Part shown: one piece after another, positions 16,574 to 24,951 of the stretch
Layout: each line of letters opens with the position of its first letter
Position numbering within the stretch: the stretch's first letter is position 1
Assembly: GCA_046757025.1 (NCBI GenBank)
Contig: JBHHXN010000039.1
Location: forward strand, 1 to 35,733
Origin: a bacterium
Lineage (GTDB): Bacteria > Zhuqueibacterota > Zhuqueibacteria > Oceanimicrobiales > Oceanimicrobiaceae
Length of the DNA: 35,733 nucleotides
Direction of reading: 5' to 3'
Made by a program: the position numbers and the translations under genes
The notes under the pieces: generated by a model
Database searches by the model: none
Seen by the model: the letters and a program-made list of their open reading frames with translations, nothing else
Told to the model about the DNA's origin: nothing

Positions 16574-18118
16574 TTGGCGCGACTGCATGAACACAAGGGG
16601 AAAGAACTGCTGCGGGAATTTAACCTTCACACTCCCGCAGGCCGGGAGGCGGAGAATCCCGATGACGTTTTCGAAGCTGCAAAGGAATTGGACACGCCGG
16701 TTGTGATCAAAGCGCAAATGTGGACCACGGGACGGGCCGGAATCGGCGGGATAAAGTTTGCCAGTGATCCCGAAAGCGCCCGCTCTGCAGCACAGGAAAT
16801 CTTCAAGCTCAAGCACAAAAATTTTGAAGTAGAAAAAGTATTGGTGGAAGAGCTGCTCAAAATCAAACAGGAATTCTATGCGGGCATCATTATCGATGAC
16901 GCGCGTCGGCAGCCCACGCTCATTTTCAGCTCCATCGGCGGCACTGGGATCGAACAAATCGCCCAAGCGCATCCTGACAAAGTAGGCAAGTTGGCCATTG
17001 ACGCGGTGGAAGGCGTAAAAGATTTTCAAGCGCGAAACTTAATTCGACGTACCGGCATTACCGGCCGCCTGCAGATGCAATTAGCAGTCGTTCTGGTGAA
17101 ATTGTGGCAGGTTGCTCGCGCTTACGAATGCCGGTCGGCGGAGATCAACCCGCTGGTGCTAACTGAGGACGGGCGCGTGGTGGCAGCCGATTGTCGGGTG
17201 GCCATCGACGATTACGCGGTTTTCCGACATCCCGAACTTCGGATTGAAATCGCCCGCGAGTTGGACCGGCCGCCTACCGAGCTGGATAAAATTGCCTACC
17301 AGGTTGAAAAAAACGATTATCGCGGCACGTTTTATTTCATTCAAATGGAGCAGGGTTTTCAAAAAGGCGAAGGTTTTATCGGTTTTCATGGCGCTGGCGG
17401 AGGCGGATCCATGATGTCCATGGACGCGGTGACCGGCCTGGGCTTTAAGTTGGCCAATTTTACCGACACCAGCGGCAACCCGCCGGCTTCAAAAGTGTAC
17501 AGGGCTGCCAAGATCATTTTAGCCCAGAAAAATATCGACGCCTATTTTGGCTCCGGTTCCGGCGTGGCTAGCCAGGAACAATTTCATTCAGCACGCGGTT
17601 TAGTTAAAGCATTTCGTGAAGTGAATCTATCTAAACCGGCGGTAATAAGACTGGGCGGCAATTCGGAAGACAAAGCGGTTGAAATCCTTGAAAATTACAC
17701 AAAGGGTTTACCAGCACCGGTGGAGGGATATAAAAAAGACGATACCGCCAAATTCTGTGCCGAGCGGCTGCGTGAGCTGGTGGACAATTTTGAACCTCCT
17801 GCAGCGGAGGGCAAACCGTTTGCGAAACCCATTGCGATGAAACCATACCGGTTTGAGACCATCACCGGCTCCATCACATTCGATCATGCAGTCTGTGCAG
17901 ATTGTGACAGCAAAATTTGTGTGGAAAGCTGCCCGCCAGAGATACTGAAGTTAGAAGCGGGTTTGCCGATTCTGGCTATTTCAGAAGAAGGAGCCAAAGC
18001 GGGTAAATGCATCGAATGCCTGGCTTGTGAAATCGAATGTACGTTTCACGGCAACAAAGGGGCTTACATCGATCTACCCATTGCAGGATTAGAAGAATAT
18101 GTAAATGAAGAGGGATAA
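16574..18118 (+). CDS. Citryl-CoA synthetase-like large (beta) subunit, ATP-grasp, with C-terminal 2x[4Fe-4S] ferredoxin
   Basis: LHEHKGK, KAQ..GR..GG, EINPL; RPPTE...DYRG, GGGGS, ANFTDTSGNPPASKVY resemble CcsA more than SucC; C-terminal CADCDSKICVESCP and CIECLACEIEC; TTG start. Confidence 0.8.
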   Translation: MARLHEHKGKELLREFNLHTPAGREAENPDDVFEAAKELDTPVVIKAQMWTTGRAGIGGIKFASDPESARSAAQEIFKLKHKNFEVEKVLVEELLKIKQEFYAGIIIDDARRQPTLIFSSIGGTGIEQIAQAHPDKVGKLAIDAVEGVKDFQARNLIRRTGITGRLQMQLAVVLVKLWQVARAYECRSAEINPLVLTEDGRVVAADCRVAIDDYAVFRHPELRIEIARELDRPPTELDKIAYQVEKNDYRGTFYFIQMEQGFQKGEGFIGFHGAGGGGSMMSMDAVTGLGFKLANFTDTSGNPPASKVYRAAKIILAQKNIDAYFGSGSGVASQEQFHSARGLVKAFREVNLSKPAVIRLGGNSEDKAVEILENYTKGLPAPVEGYKKDDTAKFCAERLRELVDNFEPPAAEGKPFAKPIAMKPYRFETITGSITFDHAVCADCDSKICVESCPPEILKLEAGLPILAISEEGAKAGKCIECLACEIECTFHGNKGAYIDLPIAGLEEYVNEEG

Positions 18119-19020
18119 TGTCTATTTTAGTGAGTGAAAACACCCGTGTCCTGGTGCAGGGCATCACCGGCCGTGAGGGCATGGCACGCACCCGTTTGAT
18201 GATGGAGTACGGCACCAAAGTACGTGCTGGCGTGACGCCAGGAAAGGGCAACCAAACGGTGCTGGACGTGCCGGTTTACGACACGGTGCAGGAAGCGGTG
18301 GAGAAAACCGGCGAATTAGATGCCTCGGTGATATTTGTGCCGGCGCCCCTGGTAAAAAATGCCGCGCTGGAAGCCATCGATGCGGGAATCAAATTGCTGG
18401 TTCTGGTTCCCGATCGTGTGCCCATCTACGACGTGCTGGAAATCGATCGCGCCGCAAAAAAGGCCAACGCCCGATTTGTGGGCCCCAACACGCTGGGGCT
18501 TTTGAGTGTGGACAAAGGTGTGCTGGGCATGATGGGCGGGCGCGCTGCCGCCGCCAAATCCTGGTTCAAAAAAGGTCAGGTGGGGGTCACTTCAAGGAGT
18601 GGTGGAATTACTTCATCCATTGCTTACTATTTGAGTCAGAACGGCGTGGGATTGAGTACGATTGTTCACGTGGGTGGGGACGTGGTCGTTGGCATGCCGC
18701 ATCCCGAAATCGTTGGATTATTTGAGGAAGACTCCGACACCCGTGCGGTGGTGATGTTTGGCGAAATCGGTTCGTCACAGGAAGAGCAGGTGGCGGATTT
18801 GATCGAAAGCAGAAAGTTTACCAAACCGTTGATTGCGTACATTGGGGGCGCGGCAGCCAAATCGGGTACCCGCTTTTCCCATGCAGGGGCCATTGTGGAA
18901 GGGAATCGTGGCACGCATGAAAGCAAAGTCAAGCGCTTAAAAGCGGTGGGAGCACACGTAGTGGAGAATTTCGATGATATTCCTAAAATAACCAAACAAG
19001 TTTTATCCAAATTAAACTGA
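18118..19020 (+). CDS. Succinyl/citryl-CoA synthetase-like small (alpha) subunit
   Basis: VLVQGITGREG, GVTPGKG, VIFVP, VGPNTLG, SRSGG, FGEIG, RFSHAGAI (phospho-His); TAATG coupling to beta. Confidence 0.9.
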   Translation: MSILVSENTRVLVQGITGREGMARTRLMMEYGTKVRAGVTPGKGNQTVLDVPVYDTVQEAVEKTGELDASVIFVPAPLVKNAALEAIDAGIKLLVLVPDRVPIYDVLEIDRAAKKANARFVGPNTLGLLSVDKGVLGMMGGRAAAAKSWFKKGQVGVTSRSGGITSSIAYYLSQNGVGLSTIVHVGGDVVVGMPHPEIVGLFEEDSDTRAVVMFGEIGSSQEEQVADLIESRKFTKPLIAYIGGAAAKSGTRFSHAGAIVEGNRGTHESKVKRLKAVGAHVVENFDDIPKITKQVLSKLN

Positions 19021-19032
19021 GCAAGATGAAAA

Positions 19033-19809
19033 ATGAGTAAATCAAACTGGAAAACCGCGATTACCAAAGTCAAGCCCAATGAAATTCGATTAAAAGGCTA
19101 CCGTCTGGACGAGCTCATGGGCAAAATCTCATTTGCACAGGCCGTGTATTTGGCCTTGAAAGGCGAGCTGCCGTCAGAGAATGTCGGCAAACTGTTGGAT
19201 GCCATCTTTGTTTCCTCTATCGATCACGGAGTCACCCCGCCTTCGGCGCTGTCGGCAATGACGGTGGCATCAACCGGTGCTCCGCTCAATGCAGCCGTCG
19301 CCAGTGGCATTCTAGCGATTTCGCGCTTTCACGGTGGCGCTATTGAAGACTGCATGGGCGTGCTCCTGCAGACCCATGAAAAACATACATTCAAAAAAAT
19401 TTCCGTTGAAAAAGCCGCCCAGGAAATCGTAGACGAATATCGTCAAACCGGCCGCCGCATTTCCGGCTTTGGGCATCGCATCCACAGCGAGGATCCGAGA
19501 ACCATGAAATTATTTAAAATGGTAAAAGAGTTCAAAATGAACCAAACCTACATTGAAATCGCACAGACCATTGAAAAAGCCCTGGAAGCGCAGTTGGGTA
19601 AAAAATTGCCTATCAATGTCGATGGCGCCATTGCAGCGGTGCTGTGTGAATTGGAAATTCCACCGAAACTGGCCAACGCCTTTTTTATGATCGCACGCGT
19701 GCCCGGCCTTGTGGCGCACATTTACGAAGAGCAAACGCGCCAGCGCCCCATGCGCATCATCAATCCCGCAGAACATGAATACGATGGACCAGAAAACAGG
19801 AGTTTATGA
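19033..19809 (+). CDS. Citryl-CoA lyase-like protein (short citrate synthase fold)
   Basis: WKTAIT, IDHGVTPPSA, HGGAIE, ISGFGHRIHSEDPR, LPINVDGAIAA, ARVPGLVAH; 258 aa. Confidence 0.88.
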   Translation: MSKSNWKTAITKVKPNEIRLKGYRLDELMGKISFAQAVYLALKGELPSENVGKLLDAIFVSSIDHGVTPPSALSAMTVASTGAPLNAAVASGILAISRFHGGAIEDCMGVLLQTHEKHTFKKISVEKAAQEIVDEYRQTGRRISGFGHRIHSEDPRTMKLFKMVKEFKMNQTYIEIAQTIEKALEAQLGKKLPINVDGAIAAVLCELEIPPKLANAFFMIARVPGLVAHIYEEQTRQRPMRIINPAEHEYDGPENRSL

Positions 19810-20348
19810 TTATGAACAAAGAAAGTTTGTTGCAGGTCATTCCCGAATTTAATCTCATCAAAGATGAAACTTTACGAAACAATACCATCGCGGTTTGGGA
19901 AGAAGCCACCAATTATCGAAATTGGACTTCCGAGGAATTATTGAGAATTCCCTTTACCTTGCTGGCTGAAAATGTCAAAATTACTTATTTAGAACACGTG
20001 CGAACAGTTTGCCAAATGTGCGTGGCGTGTGATAAGGTTTTAACAGAAGCTTACGGTGACCGCAAGACTCCGGTTAATCGGGATTACCTGGTGGCCGGCG
20101 CCCTGTTAGCGGACGTGGGCAAGCTGTACGAATACGATAAAAAAGACGGTCAGGTAGTAAAAAGTAAACACGGCGAGTATCTGCGGCATCCCTTCAGCGG
20201 AGTGGGTTTGTGCTTTAAATATGACATTCCCGAAGAAGTCATGCACATCGTGGCAGTGCATTCAAAAGAAGGCGATCATTTCAAACGCTCACCGGAGGCC
20301 ATTATTTTGCATCATGCGGACTTCATCGATTTTGATTTGATCAAATAA
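19806..20348 (+). CDS. HD-domain (HDIG-like) protein with HD motif changed to AD
   Basis: EHVRTV...GALLADVGK...RHPFSG...VAVHS...HHADFID; start 19806 or 19812. Confidence 0.8.
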   Translation: MIMNKESLLQVIPEFNLIKDETLRNNTIAVWEEATNYRNWTSEELLRIPFTLLAENVKITYLEHVRTVCQMCVACDKVLTEAYGDRKTPVNRDYLVAGALLADVGKLYEYDKKDGQVVKSKHGEYLRHPFSGVGLCFKYDIPEEVMHIVAVHSKEGDHFKRSPEAIILHHADFIDFDLIK

Positions 20349-20397
20349 ATCCAAATATTAATTTAAAAATTCAATTTAGTCAAAAGGAAAGACCAAT

Positions 20398-21516
20398 ATG
20401 GCCAAATACAAAATTGCGTGGTTACCGGGCGATGGCGTTGGAAACGACGTCATGGACGCGGCTAAACTCGTTTTAGATGCCCTCAAATTTGACGCAGAAT
20501 ACATTCATGGCGATATCGGATGGGAGTTCTGGAAACGAGAAGGCGATCCGCTTCCAGAGCGTACAAAAGATTTACTACACAGCACCGATGCCTGTTTGTT
20601 TGGCGCCATCACTTCCAAGCCAAAGGAGGAAGCCGCAAAAGAGCTCGTTCCAGAATTGCAGGATAAAGGATTGGTTTATGCAAGTCCGATTGTGCGATTG
20701 CGGCAGGAGTTTAATTTGCACACCAATTTACGGCCCTGCAAAGCCTACGCAGGCAATCCGTTGAATTATCGCGACGACATCGATTTGGTGGTGTTTCGGG
20801 AGAACACCGAAGATTTGTACAGCGGCGTGGAATTTCATCCCATTCCAGAAGAAGTGATGGCAGTGCTGTTAAAGCATTCTCCCAAAATAAAGCGCTTTGC
20901 AGAGACTTCCCTGGACGACATTGCCATGACCTTGCGTATCAACACCCGCAAAGCTTCGAGAAATATCGTGCGGCAAGGGTTTGAATATGCCAAAAAACAC
21001 GGCTATAAAACGGTCACCGTGGTGGAGAAGCCGAACGTACTGCGGGAAACCAGCGGCCTGATTCTTCGCGAGGCGCGCAAGATTGCGCAAGAATATCCCG
21101 GAATTGACCTGTGGGAAACCAACATCGATGCCATGTGCATGTGGCTGATCAAGAATCCCCAGGATTATGGCGTGCTGGTGGCGTCGAATATGTTCGGGGA
21201 TATCATATCCGATTTGTGTGCCCAACTCATCGGCGGCTTGGGATTTGCCTCGAGCGGGAACATTGGAGACAAGTATGCGGTGTTTGAACCCACACACGGT
21301 TCCGCACCCAAATATGCCGGCCAGTACAAAGTCAACCCCATGGCCATGCTGCTCACATCCAAGCTCATGCTGGACTGGCTGGGTGAATCAGACCAGGCGC
21401 AGAAATTGGATGCGGCGATTTCGCTGGTCATACGGGAAGGCAAAGTCAAAACCTACGACATGGGCGGTACCTCCACCACTTTTGAAGTAGCTGAGGAAGT
21501 GGCTCGCAAATTGTAA
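20398..21516 (+). CDS. Beta-decarboxylating dehydrogenase, homoisocitrate dehydrogenase (AksF/Lys12)-like
   Basis: PGDGVG, GAITS...YASPIVRLRQ..LHTNLRP, RENTEDLY, KPNVL, NMFGDIISD, FEPTHGSAPKYAG. Confidence 0.85.
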   Translation: MAKYKIAWLPGDGVGNDVMDAAKLVLDALKFDAEYIHGDIGWEFWKREGDPLPERTKDLLHSTDACLFGAITSKPKEEAAKELVPELQDKGLVYASPIVRLRQEFNLHTNLRPCKAYAGNPLNYRDDIDLVVFRENTEDLYSGVEFHPIPEEVMAVLLKHSPKIKRFAETSLDDIAMTLRINTRKASRNIVRQGFEYAKKHGYKTVTVVEKPNVLRETSGLILREARKIAQEYPGIDLWETNIDAMCMWLIKNPQDYGVLVASNMFGDIISDLCAQLIGGLGFASSGNIGDKYAVFEPTHGSAPKYAGQYKVNPMAMLLTSKLMLDWLGESDQAQKLDAAISLVIREGKVKTYDMGGTSTTFEVAEEVARKL

Positions 21517-21561
21517 ATTCGTCAAGTCAACTGACAATAAAACCAAAATTCTCAGGAAAAC

Positions 21562-22947
21562 ATGGACTCCTTATCAAGACAAATTGCAAAATATTCTCTA
21601 TCGCTGAAATTTGAAGATTTACCTGCAGACGTGATCAATGAAGTCAAGAGGTTTTTGTATGATTCCCTGGGCTGTGCTTACGGCGGTTATTCTACACACG
21701 ACGTAAGAATCGTCGAGGAACTGTATGCGGATATGGCGGGCAAACCCGAAGCCACCGTCATTGGCAGCGGCGCAAAAATTCCGGCTTACAACGCGACCTT
21801 TTTGAACAGTCTCATGATTCGGGCGCTCGATTTCAATGACATTTACTGGAAACAGGACCCCAGCCATCCCAGCGACATCCTGCCGGTAGCGTTGGCGGTT
21901 GGCGAACGGCAGCGCTCGTCTGTCCAAGATGTCATGGTGGCCATGGTGCTGGCCTACGAATTCGAATGTCGAATGTGTGAATTTGCCGTACCGGGCATTC
22001 GCGAGCGTAAATGGCATCACGCGACGTTAACCCAATTTGTTTCACCCATTGTGGCGGGTTATTTAATGGGACTGAACGAAGATCAGATGGTCAACGCCAT
22101 CGGCATATCAGGCGCACACAACCTCACACTGGGTGCGGTTACCGCCGGCAAGCTCACGATGATGAAAAATACCGTGGATCCGCTGGCTGCTCAAAGCGGG
22201 GTGATGGCGGCGCTCATGGCAGAAAAAGGTTACACCGGCACCGAACAGATTTTTGAAGGCAAAGAAGGGCTGATGCAAACATTCGGCCCGGACTGGGATG
22301 AAGGCAAACTGGTCGGGAATTTGGGTGAGCGCTTCAAAATTCTCGGCTGTTCCATGAAAGCCTTTCCCACCGAAGCGTTGACGCACACGCATATTTCCGC
22401 CACATTAAAAGTGGTCATCGAAAATGATATCAAGCCGGAAGACATCGAAACGGTTACGGTGACCACCATTGCGCGGGCGGTGGATATTTTGTTCGATCCC
22501 GAAAAGTACCGACCCACGTCCCGGGAAACGGCGGATCACAGTTTGCCATACTGTATTGCGGCGGCCATCGTTGACCGAAAAATTACCACGGACCAATTTA
22601 ACGAAGATCGCATAAAAGATCCGCAAATTGCGACGGTGCTGCAGAAAATCAAAGGGGAGGCCAGCGAGGAATTTGAGAAGATGTTCCCCGCTAAACAGCC
22701 TTCAAAAGTGAGCATCGTGTTGCACGACGGCCGGGTTTTCTCGGCGCAGCTGGACTTCCCCAAAGGCGACCCGCGGGAGCCCATGTCCGATCAGGACCTG
22801 GAAAACAAATTCAAAGGCCTGTCGTCGCACCTCTTAACCGATAAAAAGCAAAACCAGATTCGCGAAGCGATCTGGAATATGGAATCCTTTCAAACCATCT
22901 CAGAATTTATGGATTTACTCAAAATAGATAAAGATGACGGAAGTTAA
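21562..22947 (+). CDS. prpD: MmgE/PrpD-family (2-methylcitrate dehydratase-like) dehydratase
   Basis: LYDSLGC, IRALDFND, SHPSD, WHHAT, MMKN, FEGKEG, KAFPTE, ADHSLPY, PKGDPREPMS. Confidence 0.88.
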   Translation: MDSLSRQIAKYSLSLKFEDLPADVINEVKRFLYDSLGCAYGGYSTHDVRIVEELYADMAGKPEATVIGSGAKIPAYNATFLNSLMIRALDFNDIYWKQDPSHPSDILPVALAVGERQRSSVQDVMVAMVLAYEFECRMCEFAVPGIRERKWHHATLTQFVSPIVAGYLMGLNEDQMVNAIGISGAHNLTLGAVTAGKLTMMKNTVDPLAAQSGVMAALMAEKGYTGTEQIFEGKEGLMQTFGPDWDEGKLVGNLGERFKILGCSMKAFPTEALTHTHISATLKVVIENDIKPEDIETVTVTTIARAVDILFDPEKYRPTSRETADHSLPYCIAAAIVDRKITTDQFNEDRIKDPQIATVLQKIKGEASEEFEKMFPAKQPSKVSIVLHDGRVFSAQLDFPKGDPREPMSDQDLENKFKGLSSHLLTDKKQNQIREAIWNMESFQTISEFMDLLKIDKDDGS

Positions 22948-23944
22948 AGTCGCGAACAAAAAAAAGAAATCTACCCTAAAAAATAAACCGATTCTATCAG
23001 AAAAAAAGCTTTTGCATCTTTATTATTTCATGCTTCTGAATCGGGCGCTGGATGACAGAATCAGCACGCTCTATCGACAGGGGAAATTCCTGGGTGGCGC
23101 TTTTGTGGGTCGGGGTCAGGAAGCCATCAGTGTGGGTTCGGCGTATGCGCTGGAGGATGGCGACGTCATCGGTCCCATGATTCGCAACGCCGGCGCCTTG
23201 TTGGTCAGAGGCGTTACACCTCATGAATTTCTGGCCAATTATTTAGGTAAAAAAACCGGTCCCACCCGTGGCAAAGACGGGAATTCGCATTTCGGCGATT
23301 TGCAAAGAAACATAATTGCGCCGGTGAGCATGCTGGGCGCACTGATACCTGTGTGCGCAGGCGCGGCGCTGACTTTTAAAATGCAAAAAAAATCCAATGT
23401 GGCCTTGACCTGGATCGGCGATGGCGGGGCCAGTGTGGGCGATTTTCATGAAGGATTAAATTTCGCGGCTGTTTTGCGGCTGCCTTTTATCTTAATTGTG
23501 GAAAACAACGGTTTTGCGTATTCCACGCCGGTGGCGAAACAAAGTCTGGTTCCAGATCTAGCTGTGCGTGCACAGGGCTACGGTATCCCCGGCGTGATCG
23601 TGGACGGCAACGATGTGTTAGCGGTTTACGACGCCACCTGGCGCGCTGCCGAGCGTGCGCGCTGCGGCGAAGGCCCCACTTTGATCGAAGCCAAAACCTT
23701 CCGCATGAAGGGCCACGCTGAGCATGATGACGCCTTTTATGTGCCGGATGAATTGCTCAAGCACTGGGAAAAACGCGATCCCATCCAAAAATTTGAACAA
23801 TTACTGCTAAAAAAAATAGCTCAAAGAAGGCTCTTAGAGATTCAAGATCGTGTTAAAAATGAAATCGATGCAGCGCAAAAATTTGCCGAAGAGAGCCCTT
23901 GGCCCGATCCCATTGATGCGGGGAAGGGTGTTTATGCAGAATAA
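22934..23944 (+). CDS. 2-oxoacid dehydrogenase E1 alpha subunit
   Basis: LYRQGK, GQEA, ThDP motif GDGG...ENNGFAYSTP, GEGPTLIEA, RMKGHAEHD. Confidence 0.93.
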   Translation: MTEVKVANKKKKSTLKNKPILSEKKLLHLYYFMLLNRALDDRISTLYRQGKFLGGAFVGRGQEAISVGSAYALEDGDVIGPMIRNAGALLVRGVTPHEFLANYLGKKTGPTRGKDGNSHFGDLQRNIIAPVSMLGALIPVCAGAALTFKMQKKSNVALTWIGDGGASVGDFHEGLNFAAVLRLPFILIVENNGFAYSTPVAKQSLVPDLAVRAQGYGIPGVIVDGNDVLAVYDATWRAAERARCGEGPTLIEAKTFRMKGHAEHDDAFYVPDELLKHWEKRDPIQKFEQLLLKKIAQRRLLEIQDRVKNEIDAAQKFAEESPWPDPIDAGKGVYAE

Positions 23945-23976
23945 AAACGGAACAGCAAAATCGGGAAGTTAAAGAC

Positions 23977-24951
23977 ATGGCTGTAATCAGTTACATAAAA
24001 GCGATTTCAAAAGGGCTGTGGGAAGAGATGCAGCGTGATGAAGGCGTTTTTTGCCTGGGTGAGGATATCGGAGAATACGGCGGCGCTTTCAAGGTTACTA
24101 AAGGCTTCGTCAAGGAGTTTGGCGAAGAGCGCGTCATCGACGCCATTCTCGCTGAATCGGCCATCCTGGGAGTGGCCGTGGGAGCGGCCGTCATGGGCAT
24201 GCGCCCGGTAGCCGAAATGCAGTTCGCGGATTTTGTTTCGTGCGGATGGAATCAATTGGTTAATATGGCAGCGAAATCGCATTACCGTTGGGGGGCGGCG
24301 GTGCCCATGGTCGTGCGGCTGCCGGCAGGCGGCGGTCTGCATGCCGGGCCGTTTCACTCACAGAATCCCGAAGCGTGGTTCTTTCATGTGCCCGGTTTAA
24401 AACTCGTGGCACCAGCAACGCCTTATGATGCCAAAGGTCTCATCAAGGCGGCTGTTCGTGACAACAATCCCGTACTATATTTTGAGCACAAATATCTCTA
24501 TCGTCATTTGAAAGGAGAGGTGCCTGATGAAGATTATCTGGTGCCCATCGGGCAGGCTGAAATCAAACGCCAGGGTGAGGCCATAACCCTCATCACCTAC
24601 AGCGCCATGGTTCAGCATGCTCTAAAAGCTGCCGAAAATTTATCCAGAGAAGGCGTGGAAGTGGAAGTGATCGATTTGCGCACCCTGGTTCCTCTGGACA
24701 AAGAAACGATTTTGAAGTCCGTCAAAAAAACCGGCAAAGTGTTGATCGCCCACGAGGCGACGCTGAGCGGCGGCATTGGGGGGGAAATTGCGGCTATCGT
24801 TGCCCAGGAAGCGTTTGAGTTTTTGGATGCCCCTGTGCAGCGCATTGCCTCCATCGACACGCCGGTGCCGTACAGTCCACCACTGGAAGAATATTTTTTA
24901 CCAAATGCTGAAAAAATCACTGTTGCATTGACAAAGCTGGCTGAATACTAA
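23977..24951 (+). CDS. 2-oxoacid dehydrogenase E1 beta subunit
   Basis: LGEDIG..GGAF, EMQFADF, HSQNPEAWF, PGLK, FEHK, IDLRTL. Confidence 0.95.
   Translation: MAVISYIKAISKGLWEEMQRDEGVFCLGEDIGEYGGAFKVTKGFVKEFGEERVIDAILAESAILGVAVGAAVMGMRPVAEMQFADFVSCGWNQLVNMAAKSHYRWGAAVPMVVRLPAGGGLHAGPFHSQNPEAWFFHVPGLKLVAPATPYDAKGLIKAAVRDNNPVLYFEHKYLYRHLKGEVPDEDYLVPIGQAEIKRQGEAITLITYSAMVQHALKAAENLSREGVEVEVIDLRTLVPLDKETILKSVKKTGKVLIAHEATLSGGIGGEIAAIVAQEAFEFLDAPVQRIASIDTPVPYSPPLEEYFLPNAEKITVALTKLAEY

Noticed and set aside
16574..19020. Annotation as ordinary sucC/sucD
   Set aside because: Beta subunit lacks SucC succinate-site motifs, has CcsA-like motifs and a ferredoxin, and is followed by a CCL-like gene
16574..19809. 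Evidence for autotrophic reductive TCA cycle
   Set aside because: Citrate-binding loop is altered, neighbours are PrpD/HacA/lipoyl dehydrogenase genes, and no ferredoxin-dependent oxidoreductases or fumarate reductase are in the window; cannot be fully excluded without the genome
12111..21516. Leucine biosynthesis operon (leuC/leuB)
   Set aside because: No leuA, leuD or ilv genes; the dehydrogenase lacks the LeuB signature
19033..22947. Classical 2-methylcitrate cycle
   Set aside because: No PrpB or full-length PrpC in the window, and the co-encoded dehydrogenase could not oxidise 2-methylisocitrate
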